A stretch of 32,000 nucleotides of DNA from Candidatus Methanoperedens sp. (lineage in GTDB: Archaea > Halobacteriota > Methanosarcinia > Methanosarcinales > Methanoperedenaceae). The translations under genes were made by a program, and so were the position numbers. The notes under the pieces were generated by a model. The model was not told where the DNA came from. It worked only from the letters and a program-made list of their open reading frames with translations, and did no database searches. Below are positions 8,590 to 16,080 of the stretch, piece by piece. The stretch spans positions 60,001 to 92,000 of the forward strand of contig JAPZAR010000024.1 of assembly GCA_027460535.1 (NCBI GenBank), given 5' to 3'. Each line of letters starts with the position of its first letter. Within the stretch, counting starts at the first letter, position 1.

Positions 8590-10182
8590 ATGAATGAGTT
8601 AATAGATGGGATAAGAAAAGATTTCGGCAGTGATATCCTGGATGAAAAAGTTTCAGGCAACGAGACCTATTTCACAGTAAAAGAAAATGCGGCCGTGAGA
8701 ATCTGCGATCATTTGTACCACCACCTTGGCGCTGCCCTTGTTTCCATCTTCGCCACGGACCGGAGAACAAAGGAAGGATGCTTCAAAATATATTATGTGT
8801 TCTCTTTGATCAACCCCTCTGGAAAGGATGACCCCAAGACGGCAGACGCATTCTTAATAATACAGATAAATATCGATGAGAAGGCGCCGCATTTCCACTC
8901 TATTACACCCAGGATTCCTGCAGCCAACTGGTATGAGCGGGAGATCCAGGATATGTTCGGTTTGACACCCGTAGGCCATCCCGACCCGAGGAGGCTCGTC
9001 AATTTTGAGGACTGGCCTCCTAAATTATATCCACTGCGGAAGGATTTTGACATAAGGACAAAACCTGAGCGCGTTACAGGAGAATATACGTACCGCAGGG
9101 TGGAAGGTGAAGGGGTATATGAGATCCCGGTGGGACCAGTGCATGCAGGAGTGATTGAACCTGGGCATTTCAGGTTCAGTGTGGCCGGAGAGCCCGTACT
9201 CAATCTCGAGATAAGGCATTTCTATACACACAAAGGCGTGGAAAAACTCTTTGAGAATATATCCCTCGACAAAGCTGTATTCCTTGCCGAGCGCATATCT
9301 GGCGATAACTCCGTTGCGCATGCTGTGGCTTTCTGTCAGGCCGTGGAAAAGATCGCTGGTGTAGATATTCCTCCCCGCGCAAAGTACATCCGGGTAATCC
9401 TAATGGAACTTGAGCGGTTGTATAATCACATCGGGGATATGGCAGGGATCGCGACCGATGTGGCGTATGCTTTCGGGGCAGCGCATGCCAACCTGCTCAA
9501 GGAAGAGATATTACAATTGAATGAAATAGTTACAGGGAGCAGGCTTCTGCGGGGTATGAATGCCATAGGCGGCGTTCGGCGCGATATCGGTGACAAAAAA
9601 GAGATAATTTCAAAAAAACTCTCATCCTTCAGGAACGATTTCAGGGATTTGATGGAGCTTCTCTTTGGCTCGCCTTCTGTTGCGGACAGGATAGAAACTA
9701 CGGGACGCCTTTACAATGATATAGCAAGAGAGCTGCACGTAGTGGGCCCTGTGGCGCGTGCCTCCGGGATCGACAGGGACACGAGGCGCGACCATCCTTA
9801 TGCTGCATATGCCGAATTGGATTTCAAGGTGCCTGTCCTCAAGGCAGGCGATGTCAATGCCAGGACGAGAATACGCTCTGATGAGGTGTATGAATCAATA
9901 AGCATGATCGAGACGGCGCTTTCCCGTCTCCCTGATGGTGATATTAAATCAAAGGTAAAAGAAATCCCTGACGGGTATGCCCTGGGATATGCAGAGGCGC
10001 CAAGGGGAGAAACACTCTACTGGGTAATGATCGAGAATAACCGAATAGAGAGATGCAAGGTGCGAGACCCGTCGTTTTGCAACTGGCTCGCCATAGAGTA
10101 TGCGGTTCTGGACAACATCGTTCCTGACTTTCCGATAATCAATAAAAGCTTAAGTTTATCGTATTCTGGCAATGATATGTAG
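8590..10182 (+). CDS. HycE/HyfG-like 'large subunit' (NuoC-like N-domain fused to NuoD/[NiFe]-large-subunit fold) lacking all four NiFe cysteine ligands
   Basis: 530 aa. The NuoC-type motif is PRIPAANWYEREIQDMFGLTPVGHPDPRRL and the NuoD/large-subunit core is GPVHAGVIEPGHFRF. At the L1 site ERISGDNSVAH replaces ER.CG.C...H. The C-terminus SLSYSGNDM replaces DPC..C..R. Confidence 0.85.
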   Translation: MNELIDGIRKDFGSDILDEKVSGNETYFTVKENAAVRICDHLYHHLGAALVSIFATDRRTKEGCFKIYYVFSLINPSGKDDPKTADAFLIIQINIDEKAPHFHSITPRIPAANWYEREIQDMFGLTPVGHPDPRRLVNFEDWPPKLYPLRKDFDIRTKPERVTGEYTYRRVEGEGVYEIPVGPVHAGVIEPGHFRFSVAGEPVLNLEIRHFYTHKGVEKLFENISLDKAVFLAERISGDNSVAHAVAFCQAVEKIAGVDIPPRAKYIRVILMELERLYNHIGDMAGIATDVAYAFGAAHANLLKEEILQLNEIVTGSRLLRGMNAIGGVRRDIGDKKEIISKKLSSFRNDFRDLMELLFGSPSVADRIETTGRLYNDIARELHVVGPVARASGIDRDTRRDHPYAAYAELDFKVPVLKAGDVNARTRIRSDEVYESISMIETALSRLPDGDIKSKVKEIPDGYALGYAEAPRGETLYWVMIENNRIERCKVRDPSFCNWLAIEYAVLDNIVPDFPIINKSLSLSYSGNDM

Positions 10183-10190
10183 GTGGAAAG

Positions 10191-10529
10191 ATGTTCGAGA
10201 TCCTGAAACAGACCTTAAAAACAGGCACCGTAACTAGGAATTATCCCAAGAAACCTGACATAGCGCCTGTGGGGTTCCGCGGAAAACCGCAGCTTCTCTC
10301 TGACAAATGCACCTACTGCGGAGAATGCGCAACGGTATGCCCTCCGGGTGTTATCTGGCTTGAAGAAGAAAATGGTGGAAAAACGCTCATACTATCATAT
10401 TGCGGGTGCATATTCTGCGGAAGATGCGAAGAGGTCTGCCCTTACGGGGCCATCAGGCTCACGCAGGAATATGAGCTGGCGTCAAAGACCAAAGATGATC
10501 TTCTAACAAGTATATCGAGGAAGTTATGA
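10191..10529 (+). CDS. 2x[4Fe-4S] ferredoxin-type subunit (HyfH/HycF/NuoI-like, short form)
   Basis: 112 aa with two complete CxxCxxCxxxCP motifs: CTYCGECATVCP and CIFCGRCEEVCP. Confidence 0.85.
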   Translation: MFEILKQTLKTGTVTRNYPKKPDIAPVGFRGKPQLLSDKCTYCGECATVCPPGVIWLEEENGGKTLILSYCGCIFCGRCEEVCPYGAIRLTQEYELASKTKDDLLTSISRKL

Positions 10530-11014
10530 CGGTCGAAGCTGAAATCGGGATTATGGGTCAGCACCTCAACGAGAGGATAAAAAAAATATTTGGGAGATCG
10601 CTGCATATACGCGAGGTGGATGCGGGTTCGTGCAATGCCTGTGAAGTGGAGGTGAACGCTTTATCCAATCCCATATACGACATCGAGCGCTTCGGTCTCC
10701 ATATCGTGGCATCCCCCCGCCATGCAGATATGCTGCTCGTGACCGGGTCCGTGACGCGGAACATGGAACTTGCGCTCCTGAAGACCTATAATGCCACTCC
10801 TGAACCGAAGCTCGTGGCTGCCATGGGATCGTGTGCCTGCAACGGTGGTATTTTCGGCGATACTTACGCTAGCGGAGGCGGCGTGGACAGATTTATTCCC
10901 GTGGATGTGTACATTCCCGGATGCCCGCCCAGGCCACAGGCCGTGATATTCGGGCTCATGGTGGCTCTTGACAAGCTTGATCAGAAGATTAGGAAAATGG
11001 AGGTAAAGGCATGA
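10526..11014 (+). CDS. HyfI/HycG/NuoB-like small subunit with intact [4Fe-4S] ligands
   Basis: 162 aa with DAGSCNACEVE ... GSCACNGGIF ... IPGCPPRP. ATGA overlap with the preceding gene. Confidence 0.85.
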   Translation: MTVEAEIGIMGQHLNERIKKIFGRSLHIREVDAGSCNACEVEVNALSNPIYDIERFGLHIVASPRHADMLLVTGSVTRNMELALLKTYNATPEPKLVAAMGSCACNGGIFGDTYASGGGVDRFIPVDVYIPGCPPRPQAVIFGLMVALDKLDQKIRKMEVKA

Positions 11015-11445
11015 CAAAGTACGAGATACTGGTAGCCACGGACGGCTCTGAATATGGAAAGAAAGCGGAAATAGCAGCGATGAAGATAACTAGGTCATAT
11101 AATATCCGCATTGCTGCCATCTATGTCGCGGTGGGCAGCAAGGATTCGGAGCGCGAGGAGCGCGTGGCAAAAGGCGAGGAAGTTCTGAACCGCGTGGTGG
11201 AGACCGGCGCTTCCATGGGCGTTGAGGTGAACAAGCTGCTGGTCGGGGTGAGCATGCAGCGGATGCCGCAGCAGGGAGCGATGGCTGACACGATAGCGCG
11301 TGCCATTCTGGATGCTGCGGAGAAGTACAAGGCGCATACCATCGTGCTTGGAGGCAAGGGAGAGAGCGAGATCAATCCCGAGCTCGGGAGCGTGGCGCTC
11401 GCCGTGGTGAAGAAGGCAAGGTGCTCGGTGCTGGTGGCGAGATAG
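11011..11445 (+). CDS. Universal stress protein (UspA family), translationally coupled to the small subunit gene
   Basis: 144 aa. Starts MTKYEILVATDGSEYGKKA and has the ATP-type motif VLGGKGESEINPELGSVA. Its ATG overlaps the stop of 10526-11014 (ATGA). Confidence 0.8.
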   Translation: MTKYEILVATDGSEYGKKAEIAAMKITRSYNIRIAAIYVAVGSKDSEREERVAKGEEVLNRVVETGASMGVEVNKLLVGVSMQRMPQQGAMADTIARAILDAAEKYKAHTIVLGGKGESEINPELGSVALAVVKKARCSVLVAR

Positions 11446-11475
11446 GAAATATATTCTGTACATTATGCTTACGCT

Positions 11476-11847
11476 GTGCATTTATATCTATACAAGGATT
11501 TTATATTTAAAGTAAGCATCAAAGAAGTAGGTGATTTTCTGGTTGATGTAATTGATGTGTTTGAAAAATCTATTAGATTAACTGAAAAAAGATTAGAACA
11601 TATTTTAAAACGACCAGAAATGTCCAGGCAACTTGAAAGAATCAAAGAAACATTAGCAAACCCGGATCTTATAAAAGAAAGCAACCAAGACAGCTCCGTA
11701 TGGCTTTTTTATCGCTTTTATAACATAACGCCTGTAACGGAAAAGTATTTGCTCGTTGCGGTAAGATTACTCGATGGCAATGGATTCATAATAACAGCAT
11801 TCTATACAGACAGAATTAAGAAAGGTACAACAATATGGGAAAAGTAA
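11476..11847 (+). CDS. Putative small toxin (DUF4258 / BECR-fold-like) upstream partner of a DUF2283 protein; true start uncertain
   Basis: Conserved-looking core is IRLTEKRLEHILKRPEM...IKETLANPDLIKES..DSSVWLFYRFY...KYLLVAVRLLDGNGFIITAFYTDRIKKG. TATA-like boxes (tttatatc, ttttatatttaaa) lie inside the first 40 nt of the ORF, so an in-frame GTG at 11557 is an alternative start. Family assignment is by memory of the motif only. Confidence 0.45.
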   Translation: MHLYLYKDFIFKVSIKEVGDFLVDVIDVFEKSIRLTEKRLEHILKRPEMSRQLERIKETLANPDLIKESNQDSSVWLFYRFYNITPVTEKYLLVAVRLLDGNGFIITAFYTDRIKKGTTIWEK

Positions 11848-12068
11848 ATATCTGGTTTGACGAGGAAGGAGATTTTCTTGAGGTGACCACAGTTCCATCT
11901 AAGAAAGGATTCTTTAAAGATGTGGGAAACGATATTTGGGAAAGAGTGGATAGCACAGGAAATGTCCTGGGATTTGCGATTTTAAATTTTAAAAAAAGGT
12001 TCGAAGAATTAAAAGAAGAACATATCGAATTACCAGTTGAGATTTCATTCGCTCAGGCTGAGGGGTGA
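11835..12068 (+). CDS. DUF2283-family small protein (putative antitoxin partner)
   Basis: 77 aa. MGKVNIWFDEEGDFLEVT...DIWERVDSTGNVLGFAILNF is the typical DUF2283 pattern. It overlaps the upstream ORF by 13 nt. Confidence 0.65.
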   Translation: MGKVNIWFDEEGDFLEVTTVPSKKGFFKDVGNDIWERVDSTGNVLGFAILNFKKRFEELKEEHIELPVEISFAQAEG

Positions 12069-12269
12069 ATACGCATCAAATAAAATGACCATGTTCAAAT
12101 GAAAACTGCAGATGAATCCAGAAAAACGCAGATTTATCACTCTTTAAATATTAAACCCTCGGCGCCAATAGGGTACATGCGCTACTACCTGAAACAAAAA
12201 ACCATACCATTTCAGAAGATTGAAGCTCTCATCACCGCAAAGTTCGCAAAGAACGCAAAGCACAGCCGA

Positions 12270-12300
12270 GAACATCAGGTTTGAATATGACCTGATGTTC
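12270..12300. terminator. Perfect 11-bp stem / 9-nt loop hairpin between convergent genes
   Basis: GAACATCAGGT-ttgaatatg-ACCTGATGTTC. It lies 16 nt beyond the TAG of the minus-strand giant gene and about 200 nt beyond the plus-strand DUF2283 gene. T-rich sequence follows on the minus strand. Confidence 0.45.
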
Positions 12301-12315
12301 AAGCTTTAAGCATCC

Positions 12316-15300
12316 CTATACCAGTAGACTTTTCAGAGCTTCAAGGTCTTGAAGTATGTTGGCACCATTAATCCGAAGTGCATTCGCATCCTCAGTCGAA
12401 ATATCTTTACCCTGCTGCGCCTTTACCTGATTCGTAAATGCCTGAATTATATTTTTTGCTGGGATTATTGATTGCTTCGCATTAGAATCATTCCCGGCTT
12501 CAAGCTCACTTATTATCTTATCTAGCTTCGCAATAGCGCTATTAAGCTTATCATTCAGACCATCCCTAACATCTTGTGGAATATTCATCTGAGCAATTGT
12601 ATTTTTCAGCCATACAAGTTCAAGTTTTGTGTACTTAGCCAAAGCAAGTTTATCGTTTGCTATTAATGGAGGCATTCTGATTGGGGCTACTGATTGCATT
12701 TCCGTTCCTGAGAGGCTCATACTAGCTGTTTGGACTTGGCCTGGAAGAATCGAGCCTTTGTAAGTCTTAGATGAGATGATTTCTCCTGAAGTTGATAGTA
12801 GTTCTAAATCTGCTGTATATGTGCCAGTGGCGGTTCCGAATAGTTGAACTGTATAATCTCCCGGAAGAGCTCCTGGAATTGTCAGAACCTGCGGCTCTGT
12901 CTGCGAACCAGTATAAGATGCGCCAAGTATTTCAATTGAAGATGAGCCGGACATTGGGTCGAAGCCCACTTTGAAACCTGAATCATCTATAACTAATGGG
13001 TTTGCAGGCGAGTAAATTGTGATTTTTACAGTAGTCGGTGGGTATGCTTGGTTGAGAATAAAATCTTCTCCTATGCCATTATATATAAGCGGTTTTTGAT
13101 GAAAATGTGTAGGCGATGGTAAGAGTTCATGCCCCATGAGATCAACAATAGCGACGTTTCTCTTAGCAAATTTAAATCCTTCTTCCACGCTTATTCTCCC
13201 ATTATTATCTAAGTCTGGATTTCCGAACTTTTTGGAAATGCCACCTCTTAAACCTAAGTCAAATAAACCTGTGAATACTCCGCCTGTTCCTGTGAATACG
13301 TTGGATAATCCATCTTCCGTTGTATAGAATTTCAAAAGACCCCACTCTGCGCAGTCTTCATCTGTGATGCCTGTGTTTTCGGTGCAACCAGTAGTAACTA
13401 TCCTTCCTGCAGGATAATTGCCGTTAGAATCTTTTGAGGCTAAGTCTGAGTATTGGCCATTATCTACTATGAAACCACCAGACCAACTGGCATCTAAAAT
13501 TACCACCAGCTTTTTAGATTTGATTTGGTTTAATACCGCTGAGAATTCATTTTCATACAATCGATTGCTATGGGCTCTTAGATATTCTGGTTCTCCATTT
13601 ACTGGCCCACTCCCGTGACCTCCGAAATAAAATGTGACAACATCGTTCTCTTTTGCATTATCAGCTAACCATTGCATTTCTTTTAATATGTCTTCAGGCT
13701 CAATGTTGTCTTTTGAATTTTTTACCTCATCTTTCAAAAGATGAACATTTTCTTTAGGGAATCCATAGTATTTAGTGAGCGTTGAATAGATTCTCTTGGC
13801 ATTGTCAATTTGAAAATCTAAATTATTCCAATGTGTACCCGAATTTTTATCCCCCTCATCATCCGTATACTCGTTTATTCCAATAACCACAGCCCATTGA
13901 GTAAAAGCTTTAATTTGAAGTGGCGAAGCTGATACGCTATTTCCTTGAGAGTCTGTAACGGTAAGCGTAGCGTCATACACGCCTGTGGATTTATATTTAT
14001 GAGTTGGATTCTGTAGCGTGCTCGCTTCTCCATCACCAAAGTTCCATGAAAATGAATATGGCGATACTCCACTGCTTGCAGAACCTGTGAAAAATACTTC
14101 TAGAGGAACGTTCCCTTCAGTAGGATTGGCTGACGCAGTAGCTTCTAATGGAATTGGCTCCACCGTCACACTCGCGCTCCCCACCACCCCTCCGCTCGCC
14201 GCCTTCACCGTTGTCGTGCCCGCCTTCAGCGCCTTGAACACCCCGCCCGCATCTGTTGTGCCCACGCTCTCATCGCTGACGCTCCAAATCACGCTCACAG
14301 GGTTGCCGTTCTGGTCTGTGGCTGTGAAGGTCTGGGTCTTGCCAGCGACCACGGTTGCGGAGGAGGGGGATACTGTGATGGATGTGATGGTTGATGGTCC
14401 GTATTTTTCATACTCTGCCTTAACTTCATCAGCACTTAAAGCGCTGTTGTAAATGCGGACTTCATCAATGACACCTTTAAATTTATTGTTTTGTAGACTG
14501 GAATCAGCGTTTCCAACATATAGATTCGATACCCTTATATTAGGAATAATTGGAATATCCATTGCAATCTCTTCTCCATTTAAATATAATCTTCTATATG
14601 TTCCATCATAAGTCGCGCTTATATAGTTCCACTCATTTGCTGTAAGTACTGGAAAAGGTGTTAATAATTGAGTTATACCAACGACAAAACCTAACCTTGG
14701 ACTTGAATGATATTGATATACCGCATACTGCCCATCATTCATCCCATTAGAGTCCCAAATTTGCCCAATCAGAACGAAATATCCATCTGTATCTTGATTA
14801 GGTGGTTTAGTCCAAAAACTGATAGTAATGGGGTTACGACCTTGCGGAACTCCATTAGCTGATATTTTTTTAACGTAATCATCCACGCCATCAAACCTCA
14901 AAGCCTGCCCGCTTACTCCCTGAACGAAGGTAGCATTACCATAAATCGTCCCATCATTCCCATTTCCGCTTGAATCCTTTGCATCTCCATCGAAATGATA
15001 TTCAGCTACAAGTCCATTACCTTGTTGCTGAAGCTCAATCGCATAAATATCAAAATTTCCATTGCGATTTGACTCAAATATTACCCGCTTGCCATCAGGA
15101 GAAAAGTAAGGATTAACATCATCTCCAGAACTTGTAGTTAACTGCTCTTTACCGCTTCCATCTGGATTCATCCTCCAAATATCAATATTGCCAGAATCTT
15201 TAGAGAAATATACAATTTTTGAGCCATCTGGTGACCAGACCTCGCTCTGCCAGGATTGCGTTTGCTCGGCAATATCCCCATTCGCTATTTTTGTTAAACC

Positions 15301-15606
15301 ACTTCCATCAGCTTTTATAACATACACTCCTCGGCTACCAAAGAGCTGTGCGGGGTCAGAGGATAATGCGAAAGCAATTTTTGAGGAGTCGGGAGACCAT
15401 GCTTGAAAATCCCCATATGTATTTGGAGCACTTGCAATTGTTGTTTTCCCTGATCCATCTGGATTCATTAATGCCAAACTTAATGGCGCATTATAATTTG
15501 AACCATATTCATATGATATTTTTGTTCCTCCAGGCGACCAAGAAGCATATAAGTCCATATTATGATCTGTTGCCATTGGTGTTTGTGAAGTCCCGTCTGA
15601 GTTCAT
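12316..15606 (-). CDS. Large secreted/surface multidomain protein, main part: PD40 (TolB-like) repeats, LamG (Laminin_G_3), Big_2, PKD, clan-CD (legumain/caspase-like) domain, EF-hand-like loop, beta-sandwich, helical tail
   Basis: 1096 aa. PD40 repeats: WSPDGSKIVYFS...IDIWRMNPDGSG. LamG: aa ~197-400 (LVAEYHFDGDAKDSSGNGNDG...VIDEVRIYNSALSADEV). Big_2: aa ~403-484. PKD: aa ~486-567 (WNFGDGE...HKYKSTGVYDATLTVTD). Peptidase-like: aa ~570-850 (VVIGINEY...FYFGGHGSG...VVILDASWSGG). EF-hand-like: DLDNNGRISVEE. There is no signal peptide of its own, and it is in frame with 15622-16080 across a single TAG. Confidence 0.8.
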   Translation of the reverse strand: MNSDGTSQTPMATDHNMDLYASWSPGGTKISYEYGSNYNAPLSLALMNPDGSGKTTIASAPNTYGDFQAWSPDSSKIAFALSSDPAQLFGSRGVYVIKADGSGLTKIANGDIAEQTQSWQSEVWSPDGSKIVYFSKDSGNIDIWRMNPDGSGKEQLTTSSGDDVNPYFSPDGKRVIFESNRNGNFDIYAIELQQQGNGLVAEYHFDGDAKDSSGNGNDGTIYGNATFVQGVSGQALRFDGVDDYVKKISANGVPQGRNPITISFWTKPPNQDTDGYFVLIGQIWDSNGMNDGQYAVYQYHSSPRLGFVVGITQLLTPFPVLTANEWNYISATYDGTYRRLYLNGEEIAMDIPIIPNIRVSNLYVGNADSSLQNNKFKGVIDEVRIYNSALSADEVKAEYEKYGPSTITSITVSPSSATVVAGKTQTFTATDQNGNPVSVIWSVSDESVGTTDAGGVFKALKAGTTTVKAASGGVVGSASVTVEPIPLEATASANPTEGNVPLEVFFTGSASSGVSPYSFSWNFGDGEASTLQNPTHKYKSTGVYDATLTVTDSQGNSVSASPLQIKAFTQWAVVIGINEYTDDEGDKNSGTHWNNLDFQIDNAKRIYSTLTKYYGFPKENVHLLKDEVKNSKDNIEPEDILKEMQWLADNAKENDVVTFYFGGHGSGPVNGEPEYLRAHSNRLYENEFSAVLNQIKSKKLVVILDASWSGGFIVDNGQYSDLASKDSNGNYPAGRIVTTGCTENTGITDEDCAEWGLLKFYTTEDGLSNVFTGTGGVFTGLFDLGLRGGISKKFGNPDLDNNGRISVEEGFKFAKRNVAIVDLMGHELLPSPTHFHQKPLIYNGIGEDFILNQAYPPTTVKITIYSPANPLVIDDSGFKVGFDPMSGSSSIEILGASYTGSQTEPQVLTIPGALPGDYTVQLFGTATGTYTADLELLSTSGEIISSKTYKGSILPGQVQTASMSLSGTEMQSVAPIRMPPLIANDKLALAKYTKLELVWLKNTIAQMNIPQDVRDGLNDKLNSAIAKLDKIISELEAGNDSNAKQSIIPAKNIIQAFTNQVKAQQGKDISTEDANALRINGANILQDLEALKSLLV

Positions 15607-15621
15607 TATCCAGACATGGGG

Positions 15622-16080
15622 CTATCCACCAAAACCATATTGATAGGTTATCTTTTTTCCATCTGGAGAGTATACCGGTTCATATTCATCTGCTGCCGTA
15701 TTAGTTAATTGAGATACAACAGAGCCATCTGCAGAGACTTTCCATATATTATAGGGATTTGTTGTATAAAATGCAATCTCATTTCCATTAGGGGACCAGG
15801 CCGGCTTTTCTGCCGTTCCAAGGTTTGTTAGTTTAGTCTGTCCACTACCATTTGCATTCATTACCCAAATTTCATCAGTGCCACTTCTATCAGAAACAAA
15901 AGCTATTTTTTTCCCGTCTGGTGACCATACTCCATTATTGTCATTAGCAGGATTAGTTGTCAATTGAACTTCTGTATAAGCCGCATACACATTGCTTGCC
16001 AGCAATATAATTGACAATATAGTTATTCCGAATACTCTTCCGAGTAGGGCATGCCCTCTAGATATTTTATTTGAATCCAT
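15622..16080 (-). CDS. N-terminal part of the same surface protein: signal peptide/anchor plus PD40 repeats, ending at an in-frame TAG
   Basis: ATG at 16080 is preceded by [38 protein letters not shown] is signal-peptide-like. It is followed by [30 protein letters not shown] repeats. The ORF-track start at 16116 is a TTG and less likely. Confidence 0.75.
   Translation of the reverse strand: MDSNKISRGHALLGRVFGITILSIILLASNVYAAYTEVQLTTNPANDNNGVWSPDGKKIAFVSDRSGTDEIWVMNANGSGQTKLTNLGTAEKPAWSPNGNEIAFYTTNPYNIWKVSADGSVVSQLTNTAADEYEPVYSPDGKKITYQYGFGG

Noticed and set aside
12099-12284. 61-aa plus-strand ORF between the DUF2283 gene and the giant gene
   Set aside because: It is built from the low-complexity repeat words (ctgcagatgaa…acgcagat, GCAAAG x3) and runs into the terminator hairpin. 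No RBS and no recognisable fold motif, so it is more likely non-coding repeat DNA.
14018-14452. 144-aa plus-strand ORF antisense to the Big_2-encoding segment
   Set aside because: It exists only because the GC-rich island lacks stop codons on the opposite strand. Its Pro/Ala/Thr-rich translation has no independent support.
15622-15624. Treating the in-frame TAG as a confident pyrrolysine codon
   Set aside because: By my reading, TAG terminates about a quarter of the other genes in this window, including highly expressed ribosomal genes. No pyl genes are visible here either. Pyl remains only one of three explanations and is listed as a finding to test, not a call.
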